A stretch of 64,000 nucleotides of DNA from Candidatus Latescibacterota bacterium (GCA_965204745.1 OZ242010.1:5152001-5216000), one strand, 5' to 3'. Shown: positions 20,278-30,094, counted from the first letter of the stretch. A program made the numbers and translations. Notes: generated from the sequence alone by a model not told the origin.

Positions 20278-21072
20278 TCAAAGCCGCCAGACCAGCAACA
20301 ACTGCACGGCATTCTCGTCGACCGTCGTGCCCAACTTGTTCTGCCAGTACTGGTACTCGATGCCGACGAAAAACGCATTGCCCGTGCCACTTATGGCCTT
20401 GCTAAAATCCCACATGAGTTGCGGCTGTGCGAGAATCCACGCCTCTACGTCTTGGGGGGGTAAGAGCTCGTTGGTCGTGCTGCTACTGTATTCCGCATGG
20501 CCTGTGAACGTGAAGGACTGACTGCCGAGCATGAAGGCCGCGCCCCAACTGATGTCGAACAGGAAATTGTCTTCTGTCTTGGGCGCGCCGCCGCGTCTAA
20601 GCCCACTGCTGGCGTCGAGCACTGCGGTAAAGTCCGTATTCAAAAAGTAAAAGCCCGGGATAGTCCATGACGCCCGGATGCCGGGCAGGTACTTCAGGAC
20701 ATTGGCATCGCCATCGACATTGACCCCGCCGATGATGGCAATGTCCCGAATCGGCCCCAGACTGATTTCCTTGTTCACCAATTTGCCAATGCTCAAGGTC
20801 GGATACCATTCGCCGTAAAAGTTCTTGTCATTAAAACCATCTGAGCCGCCGTCGTCCGAAAAGTCGATAAAAAAGAAACTGTCGCCAAACCGCCACTGCG
20901 CGGCATGTTGCAAGGTGAGGATGGACGTAAATTCTTTGTTATCGGTGAACGGGTTTGTGAGGTTGCCATACTGAAATTGAAATTCAAACTGCGCGTGTGC
21001 TGCGCCCGGTTGCAGGGCCATAAAAGCGATCAATGCGAACGCGCAAAAGCCAAAGCGTTGGTATTTTTGCAT
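20278..21072 (-). CDS. Tsx-like outer-membrane nucleoside channel family protein
   Basis: Signal peptide (AHA/Q); amphipathic beta strands; 'GDSFFFID', 'YGEWYP', 'GIEYQYWQNKLG'. Confidence 0.7.
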   Translation of the reverse strand: MQKYQRFGFCAFALIAFMALQPGAAHAQFEFQFQYGNLTNPFTDNKEFTSILTLQHAAQWRFGDSFFFIDFSDDGGSDGFNDKNFYGEWYPTLSIGKLVNKEISLGPIRDIAIIGGVNVDGDANVLKYLPGIRASWTIPGFYFLNTDFTAVLDASSGLRRGGAPKTEDNFLFDISWGAAFMLGSQSFTFTGHAEYSSSTTNELLPPQDVEAWILAQPQLMWDFSKAISGTGNAFFVGIEYQYWQNKLGTTVDENAVQLLLVWRL

Positions 21073-21245
21073 CGTTACGACTCCTTTGCAAATGGGGTGA
21101 TGAGGTAACTACATGGACAAATGATCGGGTCAACAGGTCATCTACATTCCTCAGCCTCCTTTCAGATAGGGAGACAAATGGGCGCGACGGAACTCGCGCT
21201 CTGCGTGATGGATTTGGATGGGCATCGGGGGAATGTCCTTACATT

Positions 21246-21530
21246 GCTTTTGTGCCTTTGAACTGGCTGTCGCCAGTTGTACCCCTTCTGTGCCTTCTGT
21301 GGCTCGCCTTTCACCAATTCGTAGCCTTTTGTGCCTTTTGTGCCTTTTGTGGCTCGCCTTTCACCAATTCGTAGCCTTTTGTGCCTTTTGTGCCTTTTGT
21401 GCCTTCTGTGGCTCGCCTCACCAATTCGTAGCCTTTTGTGCCTTTTGTGCCTTTTGTGGCTCGCCTTTCACCAATTCGTAGCCTTTTGTGCCTTTTGTGC
21501 CTTTTGTGGCTCGCCTTTCACCAATTCGTA
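21246..21530. repeat. Composite tandem repeat: 5 copies of ggctcgcct(tt)caccaattcgta separated by (ttttgtgcc)n
   Basis: Visible directly; the unit includes the last 13 nt of the adjacent gene. Confidence 0.9.
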
Positions 21531-22657
21531 TAAGACCCATCCGCACGGCGAAATCCCGCGCCTGTACTCGGTTCGGGCGGAGCCACATCTGCGAGCGCGT
21601 CTTCGTTAAATTCAATGCCCAACCCCGGCCCGGCTGGAACGAGCAGATGGCCGCTGTCGTAAGGCACTTGCTTGGGAAATACATCGGTCAACGCGCTCAT
21701 CGGCGGCCGGGGCAATTCTTGCACGCCCACGAGCGAAGACGACAAACACAAGTGCAAGCACGCCGCAGTTGACACGGGCCCCAAGGGATTGTGGGGGGCC
21801 AAGTGAATATAATGCGTTTCGCACCAACCCGCGATCTTTTTGGCCTCGGTCAATCCCCCCGCAATGCAGAGATCCACGCGGCAATAGTCCATCAAATCCT
21901 CTTCGATCACCTGCTGAAACTTCCACTTGCTGTCGAACTGCTCGCCTATCGCCAGCGGCACATGCGTGTTCTGCCGCACGAGGCGCAAACTCTGCGTGTT
22001 CTCGCTCCGCAACGGGTCTTCGATGAAAAACGGGCGATACGCCTCCACGCCCTTGCAATACGGGATCACCCATGCGGGGTCCAAGCGCGTGTGAACATCC
22101 ACGCAGATTTCCAACTCGTCGCCACATGCCTCGCGCACGGCTTTCACCTGTTCGATGCCATAACGCACAGCGCGCGCCGGCTCAAAGACCTGTGCATCCG
22201 CGGGATCGCTCATGCCCCAACGCACGAACTTCCAACCCTCTTTTTGGCGTTGCAAACAATTTGCCACCAACCGGTCGATATTATCCCGCTCCCCAATATG
22301 CGGATAACACGCCACCTTGTCGCGGGTTCTGCCGCCGAGCAACTCGTACACGGGCACGCCTAGGGCCTTGCCCTTGATGTCCCACAGCGCGATGTCAACC
22401 GCGCTGACCGCCGAGGATTGCACCACGCCGCCGGGGAAAAACCCCCCGCGAAACATCACCTGCCACAAATGCTCGATCCGAAACGGATCCTGCCCGATCA
22501 CGTCCGGCGAAAACGAGCGGATCACCTCGGCGATAGCCGCGCCTCGGCGTTTCAAACCCGCCTCGCCCATGCCGTAAATCCCCTCGTCCGTTTCCACCTT
22601 GACGAAAAAGTTCCCGGTTGGGGGAACGACGAATGTTTTGAGTGCCGTAATTTTCAT
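21518..22657 (-). CDS. Mandelate racemase/muconate lactonizing family dehydratase (galactonate dehydratase-like)
   Basis: 'SAVDIALWDIKGKALGVPVYELLGG', 'VDVH', 'FIEDP', 'IGE', 'APHNP'. Confidence 0.9.
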   Translation of the reverse strand: MKITALKTFVVPPTGNFFVKVETDEGIYGMGEAGLKRRGAAIAEVIRSFSPDVIGQDPFRIEHLWQVMFRGGFFPGGVVQSSAVSAVDIALWDIKGKALGVPVYELLGGRTRDKVACYPHIGERDNIDRLVANCLQRQKEGWKFVRWGMSDPADAQVFEPARAVRYGIEQVKAVREACGDELEICVDVHTRLDPAWVIPYCKGVEAYRPFFIEDPLRSENTQSLRLVRQNTHVPLAIGEQFDSKWKFQQVIEEDLMDYCRVDLCIAGGLTEAKKIAGWCETHYIHLAPHNPLGPVSTAACLHLCLSSSLVGVQELPRPPMSALTDVFPKQVPYDSGHLLVPAGPGLGIEFNEDALADVAPPEPSTGAGFRRADGSYTNW

Positions 22658-22800
22658 AACCATCCTCCATAAGTGAATCGACGAATCGATCTGTCGGTGA
22701 ACTGCTAAATTGTCGTACTTCGTTCCGCACATTCGGCTGAGCACGGAGGCATCGCCCCTACGACGGGGAGTGGGCGGGGCGGACTGACAACTGACGACTG

Positions 22801-22896
22801 ACAACTGACAACTTGAGAGGAACAGCGCGGTGGCCTTCTTGCCTCTTGCCTCTCACCTCTTGCCTGGCGGTTGGGCGAACGGGTGGAAACTGACCT
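22801..22896. repeat. 96-bp direct repeat, copy 1 (copy 2 at 24574-24669) flanking the first AAA gene
   Basis: acaactgacaacttgagaggaacagcgcgg...gggtggaaactgacct identical except 2 nt. Confidence 0.9.
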
Positions 22897-24490
22897 ACAT
22901 GCCCCATACAGTGATTTTCGTATCCCCCATGCCTTTCTCGCGGCAAAATACCTTCTCGTCCCACGACATCCCCGCTGTGCGGTTGAAGACTACGAGATGG
23001 CCTTCTTTGGCGGCGCAACGATCCATGTACGCACGGGTTTGCGCGAGGCCCTCGCGCACGGTTTGTTCCAGACTTTTGTAAAGCAATTTGCATTCGATCA
23101 CCGCCTTTTGAACCGCTTGATCGGATCGGGCGTCGCTGGGTGCCGGCCATAGAATCAGCAGATCGGTACGCATCCGCCCTAGGCCATACTCGCGCTCAAT
23201 GCGCCCGCCGCTGTTGACGATGCGTTGGAGAAACGCTTGGAGCAACAACTGCGGCCCGGCCTCCTTATACTGAAAGCGTTCGACCCAGTGCTCGGAGTGC
23301 TCGCGGAAAAAGGTCTGGAACGCGGTCAGCAAATCGGCGAGGCGCAAATTGCCATTCGCATCCACGTACCAGGCCGGATCTTGCGCGAGATATGCCTGTG
23401 TGGTGTAGATGAGGGCGCGGGGGATGACCTCCCGATAGATCGGATTGGCGATAGCGATGGGGTTGTGCTGGCGCAAGAGACCCAAATCGCGGACATAGTC
23501 CACATCGTCTTCGAGAATTGCATCGGTGGGTTCGATGCCGCTCAATAGGGGTTCGACCACGCGCTGAACGCGCTTCTCTTGGAGTTTGTCCGCAAGTTGG
23601 TCGAGGTGCGTCTCGCGGCGCAGAATGAGTTGCTCACGGGCATCGCATATCGCGTTGGCCGCGATGGCCCGGTTGCGGTCTCGGCCCGCCTTGTTTTTAA
23701 AGCAGGCTTCGTACGCCAAGGCATTTACGAGCCACGGCTGGCCCTGCGTCTGTTCCCAAATTTCGTTCTGAGCGTCCTCGTGGAACACCTGACCTGTCGC
23801 TTCGGTGTGTTGCGATAGCAGGGTTTGCACTTCATCCGCGGTGAAATTGCCCAGGCGCAGGGACTCGGCGCGAATGTTAAACGCGCTACCGCCTGCGATG
23901 ATCGCGTTCTCTGCGGTGGATCGGATGCGGTAGTCGCGCACATCGCGCACCCCGCACAGGATGACGGTTTGCGGGTATTGGCGCGGCCGGTCTGGATAGC
24001 CTGCGCGGAGTTGCCGCAACACGGATAAGAGGGTGTCGCCGATCAGCGCGTCGATCTCGTCGATCATCAGCACCAGCGGCTTGGCGTCGGCCGCGGCCCA
24101 ACGGGTCAGCACCTCTTGCAATGCGCTGTGAGGGCCGCCCTCCTCAAACGCTTCACGCCAGACCTCTTTCACGATCCGATCACCGAGAAAGCGTTCTGCC
24201 CGCGAAGCCAACTGACTCAGTATGGCCCGCATGGCCTCACCCACATCCTCGCGGGCGGCCTGACCGATCTCCACATTGACGTACAAGCAACGATACCGCC
24301 CACTGCTGTTCAATTCGTCCATCAGAGCCAGCAGTGCAGATGTCTTGCCCGTTTGCCGAGGCGCGTGCATGACGAAGTATTTTTTTTGCTGAATCAACAT
24401 CAAGACCTCGTCGAGATCAATCCGTTCCAGCGGCGGGACATAGTAGTGAATATCCGTCATGATGGGGCCGGCCGTGTTGAAGAAACGCAT
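22895..24490 (-). CDS. AAA-type ATPase with C-terminal PD-(D/E)XK nuclease-like domain ('MRFFNTAGP' family)
   Basis: Walker A 'APRQTGKTS', Walker B 'LMIDEID'; C-terminal 'EREY...RTDL...IECK'. Confidence 0.85.
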   Translation of the reverse strand: MRFFNTAGPIMTDIHYYVPPLERIDLDEVLMLIQQKKYFVMHAPRQTGKTSALLALMDELNSSGRYRCLYVNVEIGQAAREDVGEAMRAILSQLASRAERFLGDRIVKEVWREAFEEGGPHSALQEVLTRWAAADAKPLVLMIDEIDALIGDTLLSVLRQLRAGYPDRPRQYPQTVILCGVRDVRDYRIRSTAENAIIAGGSAFNIRAESLRLGNFTADEVQTLLSQHTEATGQVFHEDAQNEIWEQTQGQPWLVNALAYEACFKNKAGRDRNRAIAANAICDAREQLILRRETHLDQLADKLQEKRVQRVVEPLLSGIEPTDAILEDDVDYVRDLGLLRQHNPIAIANPIYREVIPRALIYTTQAYLAQDPAWYVDANGNLRLADLLTAFQTFFREHSEHWVERFQYKEAGPQLLLQAFLQRIVNSGGRIEREYGLGRMRTDLLILWPAPSDARSDQAVQKAVIECKLLYKSLEQTVREGLAQTRAYMDRCAAKEGHLVVFNRTAGMSWDEKVFCREKGMGDTKITVWGM

Positions 24491-24573
24491 GGGTTATCCC
24501 TCAATTCATCTACAAATCCTCAAAGTGCGTCGGATGTTGGGGTTGTTGGGAGAGGACCGACAACTGACGACCA

Positions 24574-24669
24574 ACAACTGACAACTTGAGAGGAACAGCG
24601 CGGTGGCCTTCTTGCCTCTTGCCTCTCACCTCTTGCCTGGCGGTTGGGCGGCCGGGTGGAAACTGACCT
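24574..24669. repeat. 96-bp direct repeat, copy 2 (overlaps the 3' end of the 24626-26191 gene)
   Basis: See copy 1 at 22801-22896. Confidence 0.9.
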
Positions 24670-26191
24670 GACGTGCTTCCACCGTCGCATCCCGCCAGTC
24701 CGCGTTCTCAAATCGCCATGAAAACGCGACATCCGCATCGCTCCCATTGTAAAACTTCGCGCCATCCACCTCTGTGCCCGAATGCGTCATCAGCGGGAGA
24801 ATTGAGTCGGGAACACCGCGCCTGCCATCGACCTGCTTGATCTCGATTGTCGGCGTCACCTCGCCCTTGAGTTCTCGCGTGCCCAAAAGCAACGGGCCAT
24901 AACACCCGGTCACGGCGCCGATGCCCCAGTTGCGCCCGTGCCCGGCGGCTGTCGAACAAATCGCGCCGCCCATATCCGCGTGTTCGCGCCCCCCGCGCAA
25001 CACCCGGCGCGCCATCGCCAGCTTATTCGCGGCCTGCTTGAGTGCGCGTGTGACATAGCCCTCATCGCCCGTCACCTGATAGGCCAGGGCCAACGCCGCG
25101 GTGCTCGGTTCAGTCGTGGGCGTTACAGAGCCATCGCCATTCCAAATTCCCCAATAGGTCATGTCATTGCGCTTGCCCACGCCGGGCCAATCGCGGCGGC
25201 GCGCCTGCGGAAAGACCATGGCCAGTTCGCCTTCTCGTTCGGTTGGAAACTGCGCGAGTTGCGCTCGGATTGCCGAATCGAGCGAGGCATCGGCAAATTG
25301 CCGGCGAAAATGCGAAATCGCGGCGGCGCCCGGATCGGAATACGGATCGCGCAATTGATCGACCATCGGTTCTGCAATCCGCTGTGCCGCGCGGTGAAAG
25401 ACCGCATCGCCCGACGCCTGAAACAGATCGCCCAGCGCGTATATCACGCCCGACGCCAGCAGGACTTCCACGCCCACGAGCGGATCGCCCGGAACGTGGT
25501 GCCCGGCCTGCGCCGCCCGTTTTTGTCGGTGCGTGGCCCGCTTTGCAAACATCGGTTTGCCATCCACATCCCAAGAGAGAGGCAATGGGCCATCGGGCAC
25601 GGCGACGATCATCTCGGCTCTGCGCCTGCCGTATTGCAAGGCCCAGTCCAAATACCGATCATCGCCCGTCATGCGGTGCGCGGCCAAGGCAATGTGGACA
25701 AAGCGGAAGTGCTCGGCAATTTCGCCGTCATAACCATCGTTTCGCCCCACCGTGCGCGTGCCGATATAGTAGCCGTAAAACCGGTTGCGCGCCCAGTCAA
25801 ACCATTCGGGAATGCCCGCGACCCAGTTGCCGATGTGTTCGGCGGCGTCTTCCAACAGGGCGGCGGCTTTTTCATCGCTGGGAAACAAGCCCAAATAGCG
25901 CGGCAAAAACAGGAGAAACGGCTCGGTGCCATGATGGGCTTCGGCTTCGGGTTCATAACCGTGCAGGCAATCCCGTTCCACCCACCCGGCCAGCATATCG
26001 CGCAGATGTTCAAAATGCTCGCGCACGCCCTCATTCCCGGTGATGAGATAGTGCGGGAACCACGCCAGCGAATAATTCGCCTCGTCCTCGCCCCCGCCAT
26101 GCTTGCTCGGCGGATCCATGCGCCTGCTTTGATCCAACCACGCATCCATCTCTTTTCGCAACGCCCGATAATATTCAAAACACGATTTCAT
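24626..26191 (-). CDS. Hypothetical protein, possibly an alpha/alpha-barrel glycosidase/lyase-like fold
   Basis: 521-aa ORF with GGAG RBS; repeated 'AHRMTGDDRYLDWA' / 'AYQVTGDEGY' helix-pair motifs. Confidence 0.7.
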   Translation of the reverse strand: MKSCFEYYRALRKEMDAWLDQSRRMDPPSKHGGGEDEANYSLAWFPHYLITGNEGVREHFEHLRDMLAGWVERDCLHGYEPEAEAHHGTEPFLLFLPRYLGLFPSDEKAAALLEDAAEHIGNWVAGIPEWFDWARNRFYGYYIGTRTVGRNDGYDGEIAEHFRFVHIALAAHRMTGDDRYLDWALQYGRRRAEMIVAVPDGPLPLSWDVDGKPMFAKRATHRQKRAAQAGHHVPGDPLVGVEVLLASGVIYALGDLFQASGDAVFHRAAQRIAEPMVDQLRDPYSDPGAAAISHFRRQFADASLDSAIRAQLAQFPTEREGELAMVFPQARRRDWPGVGKRNDMTYWGIWNGDGSVTPTTEPSTAALALAYQVTGDEGYVTRALKQAANKLAMARRVLRGGREHADMGGAICSTAAGHGRNWGIGAVTGCYGPLLLGTRELKGEVTPTIEIKQVDGRRGVPDSILPLMTHSGTEVDGAKFYNGSDADVAFSWRFENADWRDATVEARQVSFHPAAQPPGKR

Positions 26192-26381
26192 GGTGATCTC
26201 CAGTTGTTAGTCTGTGTGTCCTCACCTCGCCACCCATCCGCCCATGCGGCCTCACCTTTCTACTCATCCGGCCCGCCGCCCGTGCGTGCCCCCGGCCTCA
26301 TGCCCCAAGGGGTCAGCGATCAGCGTGGTGTCCGTCTTACGTCTCACCTCTAGGCCGGGTGGAAGGGTGGGGAACTCTTCC

Positions 26382-27956
26382 TCACATCCCCCAAACGCCG
26401 ATCTCAACCCCGCTGCTCGACATCCGGCGGCAGTGGAAAATTTTGTCCTTCCAACGCTTCCCCTCGCGCCGATCAAAAATCACCAAATGACCCGCCTCTG
26501 CATCGCAACGATCCATATACTCGGCGGTCTTTTCCAAGCCCTCGGCGATAGTGCGCTTCAAACTCTTGTGCAGAATTTTGCACTCGACCACGAACTTGCG
26601 CGGGCGCTCGCCCTGCGGCCAAATAATGTGCAAATCCGTACGCATGTGACCCAAACCATACTCGCGCTCGATATGTCCCCCACTGTTCACGATCCGTTGC
26701 AAAAACGCCTGCAACAACAACTGCGGTCCGGCCTCTCTGTATTGAAATCGCCCGACCCAGTGCTCGGAGTGCTCGCGGAAAAACACCTGAAACTCGACCA
26801 TCAACTTTTCCACATCCAAGCTGCCATCGGCATTCACATACCAAGCGGGGTCTTGGACGAGGCCCGTCTGCGTGGCGTACGTCAGTTCGCGCGGCACGAC
26901 CTCCGCGTAGATGGGATTGGCAATGCGGAGTGGGGTGTCTTGGGCGACCAAACCCAAGTCGCGGACGTACTCGAGGTCTCGGGTCGAAAACGCGCTCTGT
27001 TCGGTCCCGCTCAACAGCGGCTCAACAACGCGCCGCACGCGCTCCTCTTGGAGTTTGTCCGTCAGTTGATCGAGGTGCGTTTCCCGGCGCAGGATGAGTT
27101 GCTCGCGTGCGTGGAGGATGTCCGCATCGGTGATCTCGCGCCTCCGGTCTTCTGTAGCTTCGCCATAAAAGCAGGTCTCATCCGCCAGTGCGTTGACCAG
27201 CCACGGTTGCCCCTGCGTCTGCGTCCAAATCGTTTCCCGTGCGTCGGACGTGAACACCTGACCCGTCTCTTCGGTGTGCTGCGCGAGCAGGGCGAGCACT
27301 TGGTCCCGCGAAAAATCGCCCAAGCGCAAAGACCGCGCCTTAATGTTAAACGCACTCCCCCCAGTGATAATCGCATTGGACGAACGAGAGCGAATGCGGT
27401 AATCGCGCACGTCGCGTACTCCGCACAAAATCACACTTTGCGGAAAACGCTGCGGACGACGGTCATAGCCTGCGCGCAACTGTCGCAGCACGGACAGCAG
27501 GGCGTCTCCGAGCAGCGCGTCAATTTCGTCGATGAGCAACACGAGGGGCTTTGGGGCCGCCTCGGCCCAGCGCGTCAATGCCTCCTGTAAAGCAGCACCC
27601 GGTCCAAATTCAGCGAGGATATCGGACCATGCCTGGGACAAATATTCGTCGCCTATTGCGCGCGCCCGAGACGCCAACCCGGCCAAAATGGTGCGCGTCA
27701 CTTGTTCCACATCTTCGCGCATGGCCTGCCCGCCTTCGACATTGACATACACGCAACGGTAGTCGGCCTCGGCATTGAGCAAATCGCGCAGGGCGAGCAG
27801 GCCGGAGGTCTTGCCCGTCTGCCGGGGCGCGTGCATGACGAAATAGCGTTTGTCGCGGATGAGCCGGCGAATCTCATTGAGATTCAACCGTTCCAATGGC
27901 GGAATGCAGTAGTGATCCGCAACCACCACCGGCCCACTCGTATTAAAAAAGCGCAT
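26382..27956 (-). CDS. Second AAA-type ATPase with PD-(D/E)XK-like C-terminus (paralog of 22895-24490)
   Basis: 'MRFFNTSGP', 'APRQTGKTS', 'LLIDEID', 'EREYGLGHMRTDL...VECK'. Confidence 0.85.
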   Translation of the reverse strand: MRFFNTSGPVVVADHYCIPPLERLNLNEIRRLIRDKRYFVMHAPRQTGKTSGLLALRDLLNAEADYRCVYVNVEGGQAMREDVEQVTRTILAGLASRARAIGDEYLSQAWSDILAEFGPGAALQEALTRWAEAAPKPLVLLIDEIDALLGDALLSVLRQLRAGYDRRPQRFPQSVILCGVRDVRDYRIRSRSSNAIITGGSAFNIKARSLRLGDFSRDQVLALLAQHTEETGQVFTSDARETIWTQTQGQPWLVNALADETCFYGEATEDRRREITDADILHAREQLILRRETHLDQLTDKLQEERVRRVVEPLLSGTEQSAFSTRDLEYVRDLGLVAQDTPLRIANPIYAEVVPRELTYATQTGLVQDPAWYVNADGSLDVEKLMVEFQVFFREHSEHWVGRFQYREAGPQLLLQAFLQRIVNSGGHIEREYGLGHMRTDLHIIWPQGERPRKFVVECKILHKSLKRTIAEGLEKTAEYMDRCDAEAGHLVIFDRREGKRWKDKIFHCRRMSSSGVEIGVWGM

Positions 27957-28075
27957 AGCGATATTTCCTTCCGTGCGTGTTCTCATCCTCTCCGCCTCGC
28001 CACCCGTGCGTGCCCAACCTCTCCGCCTATCCGGCCGTGCCCCGCTCATCCACCCTGCCACCCGTGCGTGCCCAT

Positions 28076-28252
28076 CCCCCCGGCCCCGTTATTCGCTTCG
28101 CTCATTGTAGGCTACGCCTGTGCCTACAAGGAAAGGGGAGCATAGCTTGCTTGATGGATGAGAACAAGGGCTGTTTTTATGGCTTTGAGCCAGCGCATCC
28201 TGCGATTAAAAACCCGTCACACCACCCCTCGCAAAACCCATCTTCATTCCCC
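28076..28252. mobile_element. MITE-like repeat, copy A (right end truncated)
   Basis: Shares the core aaggaaaggggagcatagcttgcttgat...ctcgcaaaacccatc with copies B, C and D. Confidence 0.7.
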
Positions 28253-28253
28253 G

Positions 28254-28877
28254 TTAGCGGGGTATATTGGCACGCTGAATCTTATCCGTGCCCCGGTCTG
28301 TCCAGTACATCTTTCCGCGTTCCACATCCAGCGCGATGCCAACTGGATTGCTCGATGTTCTGATGATGAGGTCTTCGACATTCGAGCCATCGAGGTTGGC
28401 ACGCTGAATCTTAGCCGTGCCAACTATTTCCTTTATGTCCATCCAGTACATCATTCCGCGTTCCACATCCAGCGCGATGCCAACTGGATTGCTCGATGTT
28501 CTGGTGATGAGGTCTTCGACAATTGAGCCATCGAGGTTGGCACTGAGCCGTTGATCTTCTTCGATAATCAAGCCATCAAGGTTGGCACGCTGAATCTTCC
28601 TCGTGCCATAGTCCGTCCAGTACACCTTTTCACATCCCACATCCAGCGCGATGCCAACTGGCCTACTCAATCCTGTGGTGATGAGGTCTTCGACATTCGA
28701 GCCATCGAGGTTGGCACGCTGAATCTTAGCCGTGCCAACTATTTCCCCTATGTCTGTCCAGTACATCATTCCGCGTTCCACATCCAGTGCGATGTCCAAT
28801 GGATCCTCCAATCCTGTGGTGGTGAGGTCTTCAATTGATTGTTGTTTCTCGACGTAAGTATAAATTGCAAGGACCAA
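28254..28877 (-). CDS. LDL-receptor class B (YWTD) repeat module; probably the frameshifted C-terminus of the adjacent kinase
   Basis: Repeats 'IALDVERGMMYWTD...KIQRANLDGSNVEDL'; no convincing RBS of its own; reading frame begins inside the kinase TM segment. Confidence 0.8.
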   Translation of the reverse strand: MVLAIYTYVEKQQSIEDLTTTGLEDPLDIALDVERGMMYWTDIGEIVGTAKIQRANLDGSNVEDLITTGLSRPVGIALDVGCEKVYWTDYGTRKIQRANLDGLIIEEDQRLSANLDGSIVEDLITRTSSNPVGIALDVERGMMYWMDIKEIVGTAKIQRANLDGSNVEDLIIRTSSNPVGIALDVERGKMYWTDRGTDKIQRANIPR

Positions 28878-29907
28878 TCATGAGCACAACCACGCCCACG
28901 ACGATCCACACCATGCGACCTTCCTTACGATCCTTAACCGATTCTTGATCATGTGCAGGCTCAGGACGCTCAACATCGGGCGGTGGCGAGATTTCCGGCG
29001 CAGGAACCGGCGACGGATCATCAACAGGCGTGTCGTTCAACTCGGCGCGCCATTCGGACACACTTTGCGGACGGGCAGTCTCATCCACTTGTAGCGCGTG
29101 ATCGATAGCGGCGAGAAATTGGTGGCTCGCACGGCCCTTGCACCGATCCGAAACCGGAATCAGCGGATCGCGGCGCACCCTATCCATTGCCGGAATCGGC
29201 ACATCGTCGGTCAAGGCGCGATAGCACACGCACCCCAACGCATAAATATCTGTCCAAGGCCCTTGATTGCCCCGGCTTTCATATTGTTCGATAGGCGCGT
29301 AACCCGGCGTCACAATGGCTGTCACCGAACGGCTCATCGCACCCACAGCTTGACGCGCCGCGCCAAAGTCGATCAACACGGGCGAGCGATCCTCGGCGCG
29401 AATGACGATGTTGCCCGGCTTGATGTCCCGATGCAAAAAATCCGCACGATGCACCGCCGCCAAGCCATCGAGAATCGGATTCAGAATCGCCTTGAGTTCC
29501 GATTCGGTCAGCACCCCTTTGCGGTTGAGATACTCGGACAAAGTCTCGCCCTCGGCGTATTCCATCACGATATACGCCGTGTTGTGTTCTTCAAAAAAGC
29601 GATGCACCTTGACGAGATGGCGATGGTCAAATCGGGCTAAGGTGCGCGCTTCGTCCAAAAAGCGTTCCAGACCCCACTCAAAGTCGCCTTGAAACTCGCT
29701 CGCCTGCGGCACGACGCTGTTGTCGCTTGTGCGGATGGCGATATCCGAAGGCAGATATTCCTTGATCGCCACGGGTTTGTCCAAGTTGTGATCATACCCC
29801 AAATACGTCATGCCAAATCCTCCAAACCCGAGCACGCGCACCAGTTCGTATTCCTGGAGCCGATACCCATTGGGCAGGGCATTGATGGGTTGTTGTGCGT
29901 CGTTCAT
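28831..29907 (-). CDS. Hanks-type Ser/Thr protein kinase with Pro-rich linker and truncated TM
   Basis: 'LGFGGFG', 'VAIKE', 'HRDIKPGN', 'DFG', 'GYAPIEQ', 'DIYALG'. Confidence 0.93.
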   Translation of the reverse strand: MNDAQQPINALPNGYRLQEYELVRVLGFGGFGMTYLGYDHNLDKPVAIKEYLPSDIAIRTSDNSVVPQASEFQGDFEWGLERFLDEARTLARFDHRHLVKVHRFFEEHNTAYIVMEYAEGETLSEYLNRKGVLTESELKAILNPILDGLAAVHRADFLHRDIKPGNIVIRAEDRSPVLIDFGAARQAVGAMSRSVTAIVTPGYAPIEQYESRGNQGPWTDIYALGCVCYRALTDDVPIPAMDRVRRDPLIPVSDRCKGRASHQFLAAIDHALQVDETARPQSVSEWRAELNDTPVDDPSPVPAPEISPPPDVERPEPAHDQESVKDRKEGRMVWIVVGVVVLMIGPCNLYLRRETTIN

Positions 29908-30094
29908 GGGATCTATCCCCCGGCCCCTTTCCTACAAGGAAAGGGGAGCATAGCTTGCTTGATGAATGAGAACAAGGGCTGTTTTTATGGCTTTGAGCCA
30001 GCGCATCATGCGATTAAAAACCCGTCACACCACCCCTCGCAAAACCCATCCTAGTTCCCCCTTCCTCGTAGGAAGGGGGTTAGGGGGTAGGTCC
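29908..30094. mobile_element. MITE-like repeat, copy B
   Basis: Terminal inverted repeats GGA(T/C)CTATCCCC...GGGGTAGGTCC; internal hairpins; abuts the kinase start codon. Confidence 0.75.

Noticed and set aside
21298-21530. CRISPR array
   Set aside because: The 'spacers' are the same (ttttgtgcc)n sequence, the repeat derives from a gene end, and no cas genes are in the window.
21033-21772. Cys/Leu-rich small ORFs ('LCLLCLLW', 'FCAFCAF', 'PFVPFV')
   Set aside because: Translations of the nonamer repeat in different frames.
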